32,000 nucleotides of DNA, taken from assembly GCF_000017845.1 (NCBI RefSeq), contig NC_010547.1:397702-429701 (forward strand), read 5' to 3'. This DNA comes from Crocosphaera subtropica ATCC 51142 (GTDB taxonomy: Bacteria > Cyanobacteriota > Cyanobacteriia > Cyanobacteriales > Microcystaceae). Below, piece by piece: positions 19,119 through 26,487 of the stretch. The notes under the pieces were generated by a model. It saw only the letters and a program-made list of their open reading frames with translations. It was not told the DNA's origin and made no database searches. Numbering within the stretch: position 1 is the stretch's first letter; each line of letters opens with the position of its first letter. The position numbers were made by a program, and so were the translations under genes.

Positions 19119-20342
19119 TCACATCTTGCACCTGACGAGACAAACTTCTAAACCGTGTTCATAAAACCAGGAATTTAGTAACTTTAACCTCCTGAGAAGA
19201 GAAAGGAGTAAAATGTGGGGAAGCAGTAAAACTAAGGCTTGTTGTGCTGAATCATACCAGTCTAAATTATCAAAATTACCATTGTGTAAATATATCCAGT
19301 AGGCTAACATATAAGAAAGAAAAGAAAGAATTAACCAACGATAAACCCCTAATAAAGTTTTTTGCCCAAAACGGTGAAGACTAAACTGATGTTTAGCGGT
19401 TTTAAAGAAACCTTCAATTTGCCAACGATATTTACCCCATCGGGTGATAGTTTTTCCCTTCATAGGTTTCGTAGAAATGACAAATCGTTTAACTCGTTTT
19501 CCATTGCGCTTTAGCCAGACCCATGACACAAATACAGGACAGTTTAAACCGTATAAATATACTTGTTGTCCACGAGTTTTTAAATCGGATACTTTACGTC
19601 CATCCGTTAACTTTCTCCTATTAGGAATTCCTAAGATGCCATGATGATTAAACTTTTGACTACGGATTTTCTTAATAAATTGAATAGTCCCAAAAGCTGT
19701 ATCTCCTAAAACATAAATTTGGAAGGATTTGGTTAAAATAGAAGGTAATGTGTTCAGTAATTTTAAAGCTAATTGAGATGGCGATGGAGTACCTTTGCCC
19801 CTATAAACCCGAAAAGTCCAAGGAATGCGCCAATTTCCTATAACTAAGTAAAGAACAACAATATGTAAACCCTTCTTATGATTATAGACTCTAACTAAGT
19901 CTTTTAGATGAGGAAACTTCCCAACTTTTTCTAAGGTAGTTAAATCTATGATAACTTGTAAAATGGGTTTTCTTCCTTTTTTTCGTTGGGATAAAACAAG
20001 ATTCAAAATAAAAGAACGAATGGTACGTATCAGAGAACGAGTCGACTGCCGACCCACCTTGAATTCAATTCAAGGTGGAAAGCGGCAGTGCATTCCGCAC
20101 CAATTATAATGATTCAAGAATCGACTAATAGCACTTTCAGATTTGGTTTCACAATGATGAGGAACAGCATTTCCTTGTCCATCTAACAATAATCCTATAA
20201 TGGATTCTAACGTATCTTTTTGATAAATCGTCGGCATTAAATCTTTTAAAGTAGAAAGTAATTCCTCCTCGCGCGTTCCCATGCGCCGTTCGACGGCGCG
20301 GGGTCGCTCCTCCACTTGAGGTAAAATAGTGTGTGCTGGCAT
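19119..20342 (-). pseudogene. IS4/IS701-like DDE transposase interrupted by one in-frame TGA (20070-20072) inside a hairpin-forming 54-nt segment
   Basis: The two track ORFs (20070..20408 and 19119..20057) are in the same frame. DDE-type motifs: IIDLTTLEK, YVLGDTAFG, YRWQIEGFFKTAK (R-x3-E-x6-K). The likely start is MPAHTILP at 20342. The transposase stop lies inside the left IR. Confidence 0.7.
20046..20088. repeat. Compound hairpin: outer stem CTGCCG/CGGCAG, inner 12-bp stem CCACCTTGAATT-c-AATTCAAGGTGG
   Basis: Read directly. The inner arms 20054-20065 and 20067-20078 are perfect reverse complements. Confidence 0.9.
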
Positions 20343-20401
20343 AGTTATCTTATTAAACAAGAGAATTATAATAACACAGTTGCTCAAGATGAAAGTGGGA
20401 A

Positions 20402-20803
20402 ATGCCAAGAACTGAAAGTGAACTGCAAAAAAATCAACGTAAAGACCGTATTAGAGAAGCAATAGACGCTTTAAAACGGGAAATATCTGAAATTGAGGCT
20501 TCAGGATGGATCGCCCCTCGTGATTGTTACATAGTGAGGTATCGAGCTAAAGGCGCGAAATATCGTTATTGGTATTATCAACTTAAGGCATCATCAGCCG
20601 TCTTTCCAAAAGCTAATAAAAAAGGTGAGTTTTCTCGTTTTAAACATTTGGGAAAAGCAGGAAGTCAAGCACATATAGATGGTGTTAACGCTGTTATTAG
20701 ACGAAGTAAAATTGACCAGTTAACTTCGGCTATTGAAGCCCTTTACGAAAGTTTGCTAGATTTATATCCTGATGAAGAAAAACCCGGCCATAGGGTGGAG
20801 TAA
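20402..20803 (+). CDS. Hypothetical protein (133 aa) carried inside the IS boundaries, divergent from the transposase
   Basis: ORF with protein-like composition: a coiled-coil-like N- and C-terminus and a basic/aromatic core, RYRAKGAKYRYWYYQLK. A TATAAT (gaatTATAATaac) lies in the 59-bp divergent spacer. Confidence 0.4.
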   Translation: MPRTESELQKNQRKDRIREAIDALKREISEIEASGWIAPRDCYIVRYRAKGAKYRYWYYQLKASSAVFPKANKKGEFSRFKHLGKAGSQAHIDGVNAVIRRSKIDQLTSAIEALYESLLDLYPDEEKPGHRVE

Positions 20804-21000
20804 AATAAAAAGTACCTTGGGTTTTAATTAATTCTTGATTATTATTCTCTATTTTAAAAAGAGAACAAACGCCAACCCCCATCAGATAAGGATTTTAGGC
20901 AGCGTTTCTCATATCAATTTTTCTTGGTGCAAGATGTGAGTATAGCTAGACTCAGGGCAAACGCATCTTAAATGTTGGGAAAATTGAGTTATAATGTTTT

Positions 21001-21036
21001 CAGGATTTCAAATTACCAGGTAATTTGAAAAACCTG
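21001..21036. repeat. Compound hairpin CAGG-a-TTTCAAATTACC-a-GGTAATTTGAAA-aa-CCTG in the ISAs1 3' non-coding part
   Basis: Read directly. The 12-bp arms 21006-21017 and 21019-21030 are perfect reverse complements, and the outer CAGG/CCTG also pair. Confidence 0.85.
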
Positions 21037-21192
21037 CAAAAAACTTCTATCAAAAGAAAAAAAGCTTGTTAATGCAAGCATTTAGGATAAAAACAAACAG
21101 CCCTTTATTAACCTCGCACTGAAGTCATTTTTAGAAGTTATTCAGGCACAGGCGATCTGGCGAAGCCAGATCCGCTTTGCGGTGCGCTATTA

Positions 21193-22369
21193 TTAAATAC
21201 CCAAAACTTTAGCTAGATATTTATTATCCCAAGCTGCTTTGAGACGTTTATTCTTTACCCCTATTTTAGCTGTTTTTTCTTGGGAGAGAAGATTAAGGGA
21301 TATTTGTCGTAACCGGACTAAATTCTCAGGAGCGTTGTCTTTATGCACGGGACAATCATCTTCATTGAAAGCCACATTCAAAACCCAATGAAGGTTATTT
21401 TCAATACTCCAGTGACTCCGAACAGCCATCGCTAATTTCTCTGCATTACTGATAAAACTATTGAGATAATAGCGTGTGGCTATTGTTATTTTATCTCCAA
21501 TACGTCGAACTGATTCAACAACACCAATACTTCTCAGTCCAGCCCATTTATCAGTATTTTGTGTTAATAGCTCCACAGAAAATGTCCAATAATGACGGGT
21601 TTCAATGCGACCATAACCTTTCTTGCTCCGTCCTATACGCTGAGGACACCTCAGCGCGGGCGGTGCGCTTTTCAACGGTTCGATGAAAGCTATGTTCAAT
21701 ACCAATCCATTCAGTTTGTTGAGCATTATCAAATACTTCTTTAACTTCTTGAAATAAACCTCTTTGATTGCCTTTAAGTGCAAGGCAATAATCAGCACCT
21801 TTTGAATGTAAAAGTTCGGCAATATCCGTTTGAGTCCCCATCGCATCAATGGTTACTAAACAGCCATTAAGTTCCAAAACTTTGATGAGATGGGGAATAG
21901 CAGTAATTTCCTTCGTTCGTTCATGAACTTTTTGCTGTGCCAAAACTAATCGTTGTTCAGATGCCCAAGCATTTACCAAATGAATCGCTTTTTTTCCTTC
22001 TACTTTATTCACTGAATGCTTTACTGTTTTTCCATCAATATTAACCACATCTCCTGGCATTAATTCTGTTATGGAACTAACCCAATCTCGAAAATATTGT
22101 TCAAATTCATCTGGGTCAATTCGAGCGAACACCCGTGCAAAAGTATCGTGAGAAGGAATCCCATTTTCTAGCTCCAAAAACTGCTTTAACCATTCGTATT
22201 TTGAGTTTCCGTAAGTTTCCATGGCCACAAAGCTATCAGCCCCACAAATCATGGCACACAAGGCGATAACAATAATATCAATCAGCTTGTGGTCTTTGGT
22301 TCTCTCAACTCTTGGGTCAGTCAATTTTTCAAAATGGTCGATAAGCGTTATTTTCGGTCTTAATTTCAT
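21193..22369 (-). pseudogene. ISAs1-family transposase (H-repeat-associated type), frameshifted
   Basis: N-terminus MKLRPKITLIDHFEKLTDPRVERTKDHKLIDIIVIALCAMICGADS is typical of ISAs1 transposases. Downstream are GYGRIETRHYW and WSIENNLHWVLNVAFNEDD. The gene is split into two overlapping frames (21602..22369 and 21193..21849) at a GC-rich 31-nt block. Confidence 0.8.
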
Positions 22370-22494
22370 TCTATCTTACTAACAAGAGCTTTTTCTCATT
22401 ATCTCTCATCTATAAGTATTTGTTAAAAGACAGAGTTTTGTAGCTAATCAGCTTAATCAGCTTCTTACATTGAAATGAAGAGAGAGAGCCGATA

Positions 22495-22524
22495 AATTTG
22501 AAATTAGAATTCTAATTTCAAATT
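22495..22524. repeat. Perfect 30-bp palindrome AATTTGAAATTAGAATTCTAATTTCAAATT (dyad on GAATTC)
   Basis: Read directly. The 15-nt arms are exact reverse complements. It lies between the ISAs1 transposase start and the right IR. Confidence 0.9.
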
Positions 22525-22557
22525 ATGACCTTATTATACCTTAATTTTGCTCATATT

Positions 22558-23118
22558 TTAGATGCGTTTGCCCTGTTTCCAATCACCGATCCCATCCCAC
22601 AACAATTCGACCGTATGCTCAAAAGCATCAGGAATAAACAACCAAAAGAGAGTATCGTGCATTCCATGAAGGTCACTCATGCCACCCTCGTCATATAACA
22701 TTTGTCCTCCGAGTCGAATTTGTTTTCTAGCCTCAACATCTTTAGAAAAAAGATTACCATCAAGAAAATCATGAATAGTAATGGTTTCGGTTAGATTGAG
22801 GACACCTTCATAAATTAACCATCTAGCTTTTTGGAAGGGAAGACAGCTATCAATATCATGATCATAAATTCTCTTAATACCATTAAGTTCGGTTTCTAGT
22901 TTTGCTAATTGCTTGTTAAGGGGGGTGAGGATTGAATCGGAATCAAGATATTTTTCAAGTAGTTGAACTTCAGCAGAAGACTTGGAACGAGAGGGTTGAG
23001 AAACCGTTTCGGGTAATTTAGATTTCTGTTGACCCGACAAAAGTTTGTACTGAGTCGAAGGAGATAATTGAATAGTCGATTGCTGAGATTTTCGGTTTCT
23101 TCTTCTTCTTTTGCTCAT
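22558..23118 (-). CDS. Hypothetical protein (186 aa), 3' end replaced by the ISAs1 terminus
   Basis: Basic, low-complexity N-terminus (MSKRRRRNRKSQQ) followed by a globular C-terminal half. The last codons (QGKRI*) are encoded by the ISAs1 inverted repeat, so the native C-terminus is missing. Confidence 0.5.
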   Translation of the reverse strand: MSKRRRRNRKSQQSTIQLSPSTQYKLLSGQQKSKLPETVSQPSRSKSSAEVQLLEKYLDSDSILTPLNKQLAKLETELNGIKRIYDHDIDSCLPFQKARWLIYEGVLNLTETITIHDFLDGNLFSKDVEARKQIRLGGQMLYDEGGMSDLHGMHDTLFWLFIPDAFEHTVELLWDGIGDWKQGKRI

Positions 23119-23177
23119 AGTTTTATTCTGAATAATATGGATTTAGAGGTCAGATTGATAGGTTGTTTCAATAGTAA

Positions 23178-25769
23178 TTAATCCTCTATCAAAGGGAGAA
23201 CAAAAGCTTTAAGTTGTTCAGAATCTTTGCCCCGATTATGAGTACGAGGATTAGAAACATTACTATTGCTATGAAGTTGCTCAATCTCTGATTGATGTTC
23301 TTTCTGAAACTCAACTGCGGCCTGGCGGTGAATACCAAAAGAAGTCTCCAATAAACAGGTATTAATCGCCCAAGTCTGGTCAGGATGTTGTTGGTTCCAT
23401 TGAGTAACAGCATCAAGGACTTTTTGAGCTTTATCTTTGGCCGCACCCTTGGGTCCACGAGTTCTACGAGTTTTTTTCCTAGTGGTTTTACTTGTCGTCT
23501 TGGTTTTAGTCTTCTGAGGGGTTTGAGAATTGGTAGTATCGCTATCAATAGGTAATTCAATCTGTTCACCTAAAAATACTTTTTTGACAGCTTCAAAACG
23601 GCTGACTTTTTCCTTAAGTTTTTCATTCTCCTGTTGATAATCATTAACTTGTTTGTTCAACTGAGTGACTTGAAATGAGAAAGACTCATTGTCTTTCTGA
23701 AGTTTAGTAATCTGACCTTGTAATTGTTGGATTTGTGTTTCATAATCGTCCTTATCAGCTTGAGGGTAAGTTTGTGTTGGGTTAGCATCTTGTCTAGCCA
23801 ACTGTTGAGTCAATAAAGCAATGGTTTGAGCTTGATTATGTAGAGTTTCTTGAATCATGGGGTCAAGGCCAAAAATAACCCGTGGTTGGGATTTCATCGA
23901 ATCATCATGATCATTAGTTTGTTCAGTGGGTGGTGTCTCTCGAAGAGAGCGTAATTGTTTAGTTGTCCATCTAAGAAGACCATGAATAATTTGTGATGGT
24001 TCTCCAGTCAGGTTAAGCTGTTGACCAATTTTGAGTAACCGGTTTGTGTCATCATCAGAAATTAAAGAAGGTTCCGACTCTTCTGTAACTGTATAATCCC
24101 TAGTAGTTTGTCGATAAAAATCAATCAGTGCATCAAGATTATCAAAAGGAAGATGAGCGCGAATCGCTTGAGTGACATAAGGTTGACAATGGTTATCAAT
24201 ATAACTAGGGGTTTGGTAACGTAAATCTTGAACGTCAAGATGCTGTCTAAGCTTTTGTACAGACTCAACGACAAAAGAAGCATCAATCAAGGTTTTAAGG
24301 GTTGATTTAGCCCCTAAACCTGTTGGGGAAAAAGTAACAGTAAAAGGATCATGACTAGCTTCAAAAGTTCCTGACTTAATCAACTCACCTGGAGAACGAC
24401 CTGTAACTGCCATTAACGCAGCAATTAAAACTGTATAACTATCACTACTCAACATTTGGGATAAAGCTAGATTAAGTGATCGCTTTAATTCATCATCAAA
24501 CTCTGAATCAATGAAATCGAATGACGGTACTTCTTTTATCTCTGTTTCAGGTTGAGGGTCTTGAGATTGATTCAAAGGTTCTGGTTGGGTTATTATTGCT
24601 TTATCTGTATAATATCGTTGGTCAGTTAAAGGAAACTCAGCTAATTTGACCCCTTTATTCCCCAGTCGGTTGCCTTCTGTGTCCACTAAATAATAATGGA
24701 AATAATGGGGAGTAGCAGGGCTGTTAGGAGCCACCTGTTCATCAAGGACGTGACCTAAATAATTCTGAAGAAAACGGTGTTCATGACGGAATTCAGGACA
24801 GAAAAAGTGGACAGCGATCGCCCCATAAACACCCCTTAAACGATGGATAGAAACATAATTCTTACCAGGAATGACAGGAACTATCTCCGTCTCTTGAAAG
24901 AGTTTTTGAACCATTCGATTAACTTGTACATTAAAACCCTTAACCTCATTACTTTGGCTACTAAAGTTTTGAAGCTTAGCCACAGCAGGAAGTTTGCGAA
25001 ACTGTATAATAGCTTGAATAACCTGAGTAGCAGGAAGGATGGTCAAAATATCGAAGTTAGTGGGTTCCCCTTCTTTCTTTTTCTGCTGTCCTTCAAAGTG
25101 GAGTAAATAAGGATGGTTAGTAAGGGTAAAATTCCCTTTAGTTAAGACTTCCGTGTGTCGTCGTCCGGTAGCACCAGCAATAGCGATCGCTAATTTATAC
25201 TCTAACCGATCTTTATTTTTTGTCTGTATTAATTTCTGAATCTGCTCTAAGTACCGATGAAGTGGTACAGGTTGTAAATTATCCTGACGTTCGTTATTAA
25301 TTGAAGTGGTTTGATTTCTGAGGGCTTTATAAGTTTGTGGGTCATACTTAAGATAGGTTAAGGCATAGTGTTCATGAGCTTCTGCCTGTTCCCCTGTATT
25401 ATGTTTATGATAAGTGTAACGATGAGAATTGTGATCGGTCAAAGGTAGATCCCCATCATTGATGGCTTGTTCAATAGCATGACGGTACTTAGCCAAGATA
25501 TCAGAACCAATGGTACTCTTGGGATATCCTTCTTCTAATAAAGCGATTTCAGCCTCACATAAAGCCTGTATGTCAGCTTCATTATCAATGGCCTTAAGGC
25601 TTTCAATGAACCAATTGATGAGGGTTTGCCTTTCATGAGAAGTTAGTTTAGTTCGTTTACAGGCCTGAATGCGATCACGGTAATCAACGAGGATTTCTTG
25701 ACGAAGCGAAGTTAAATCCTCTCGTTGACAAAAATGAATTAAGCTCTGAGTCTGCTGTAGAGATGTCAT
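23178..25769 (-). CDS. Protelomerase / telomere resolvase-like tyrosine recombinase (863 aa) with a long C-terminal extension
   Basis: Ordered catalytic signature: ATGRRHTE (aa 200-207), QQKKKEG (228-234), SIHRLRGVYGAIAV (307-320), YLGHV (337-341), HYFHYY (355-360). A large helical N-terminal region precedes the core. The C-terminal half has a coiled coil (QIQQLQGQITKLQKDNE...KLKEKV) and a basic tract (KTKTKTTSKTTRKKTRRTRGPKG). Confidence 0.65.
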   Translation of the reverse strand: MTSLQQTQSLIHFCQREDLTSLRQEILVDYRDRIQACKRTKLTSHERQTLINWFIESLKAIDNEADIQALCEAEIALLEEGYPKSTIGSDILAKYRHAIEQAINDGDLPLTDHNSHRYTYHKHNTGEQAEAHEHYALTYLKYDPQTYKALRNQTTSINNERQDNLQPVPLHRYLEQIQKLIQTKNKDRLEYKLAIAIAGATGRRHTEVLTKGNFTLTNHPYLLHFEGQQKKKEGEPTNFDILTILPATQVIQAIIQFRKLPAVAKLQNFSSQSNEVKGFNVQVNRMVQKLFQETEIVPVIPGKNYVSIHRLRGVYGAIAVHFFCPEFRHEHRFLQNYLGHVLDEQVAPNSPATPHYFHYYLVDTEGNRLGNKGVKLAEFPLTDQRYYTDKAIITQPEPLNQSQDPQPETEIKEVPSFDFIDSEFDDELKRSLNLALSQMLSSDSYTVLIAALMAVTGRSPGELIKSGTFEASHDPFTVTFSPTGLGAKSTLKTLIDASFVVESVQKLRQHLDVQDLRYQTPSYIDNHCQPYVTQAIRAHLPFDNLDALIDFYRQTTRDYTVTEESEPSLISDDDTNRLLKIGQQLNLTGEPSQIIHGLLRWTTKQLRSLRETPPTEQTNDHDDSMKSQPRVIFGLDPMIQETLHNQAQTIALLTQQLARQDANPTQTYPQADKDDYETQIQQLQGQITKLQKDNESFSFQVTQLNKQVNDYQQENEKLKEKVSRFEAVKKVFLGEQIELPIDSDTTNSQTPQKTKTKTTSKTTRKKTRRTRGPKGAAKDKAQKVLDAVTQWNQQHPDQTWAINTCLLETSFGIHRQAAVEFQKEHQSEIEQLHSNSNVSNPRTHNRGKDSEQLKAFVLPLIED

Positions 25770-25836
25770 GAGACTGTTGAGTTGATAAAAAGATTGAACT
25801 GATCTGTTATTATTTTATCTGTATAATAAATAAAAG

Positions 25837-26487
25837 TCAAGGTTGTATTCCCAGTCCACACCAAGCAGTATAAGCAACAGCAATGGCATCAACCTCCTGA
25901 TTCAAAAGGATACTCTGCAAATCAAACAACTCCTCAACAATAGCACTCAAGTCTTCTCGTTCGGCTTTGGGATGATCAAGATTACTTTTCCAGGTTGCAG
26001 GATAAATCATTGTAGGTAAGCAACCATGACGATAAGCCACTAAATTAACCACACCTAACACTTGCAGTAACTTAGTTGTTGAGGGGTATTCAGCCTTGAT
26101 AAAGGGCTGTTCGATGGCAATATGGTTAGGTTGATATTCAACTAGGATTTCCCGTAAATCCGTCTCGATTTCCCCTAGTCGGTAGGGTAGAGGATCATGG
26201 GAATCAGTTTCAATCAAACCAAAATCAACCATGTTGGGTTCTTCTGTAGGTTCTCCTTCAATGACAGCCCATCCTAAATTAGAGATGCTAGGTTTGATCC
26301 CAAGCCATCGAGGAATCTGGGTGTTATGGTTAGGATTATAGTCTAAACTACGAGCATAGGTGGTTATTTCTTCGATAAAACATTCAGGAACTCGAATGGG
26401 TTTAGTCGGTAAATGATTCCAATTCGGTTTTTGTCGAATCAGGTTTTTATATCGGGCGTTCTGGATAGCCATGTTAGGAGTGTACAC
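25837..26487 (-). CDS. RuvC-like Holliday-junction-resolvase-fold protein with ~60-aa N-terminal extension (GTG 26487, alternative ATG 26472)
   Basis: Collinear with E. coli RuvC. WLGIKPSISNLGWAVIEG aligns to ILGIDPGSRVTGYGVI. LPYRLGEI...YQPNHIAIEQPF aligns to LPSRLKLI...FQPDYFAIEQVF. EVDAIAVAY aligns to AADALAIAI. Confidence 0.65.
   Translation of the reverse strand: MYTPNMAIQNARYKNLIRQKPNWNHLPTKPIRVPECFIEEITTYARSLDYNPNHNTQIPRWLGIKPSISNLGWAVIEGEPTEEPNMVDFGLIETDSHDPLPYRLGEIETDLREILVEYQPNHIAIEQPFIKAEYPSTTKLLQVLGVVNLVAYRHGCLPTMIYPATWKSNLDHPKAEREDLSAIVEELFDLQSILLNQEVDAIAVAYTAWCGLGIQP

Larger units (their letters stand above)
19110..20948 (-). mobile_element. IS4-superfamily (IS701-like) insertion sequence bounded by perfect 23-bp inverted repeats
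   Basis: TAGCTATACTCACATCTTGCACC at 19110-19132 is the exact reverse complement of 20926-20948. The element encloses a DDE transposase (minus strand) and an extra plus-strand ORF. No flanking direct repeat is seen. Confidence 0.7.
20953..22575 (-). mobile_element. ISAs1-family insertion sequence
   Basis: Terminal inverted repeats CAGGGCAAACGCATCT(T/A)AAAT at 20953-20973 and 22555-22575 match at 20 of 21 positions. CAGGG termini are characteristic of ISAs1. It encodes an ISAs1-type transposase. Confidence 0.7.

Noticed and set aside
20070-20072. The in-frame TGA inside a hairpin as a selenocysteine or programmed readthrough site
   Set aside because: The UGA lies within the 5' arm of the stem rather than about 11 nt upstream of a SECIS-like hairpin. 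The flanking 18 codons look like an insertion (CGMHCRFPP*IEFKVGRQ) rather than conserved transposase sequence. A transposase is not an expected selenoprotein.
20343-20408. The first 22 codons (MAFPTFILSNCVIIILLFNKIT) of track ORF 20070..20408
   Set aside because: It is a hydrophobic, AT-driven extension that overlaps the start of the divergent ORF at 20402. The conserved transposase N-terminus begins at MPAHTILP (ATG 20342).
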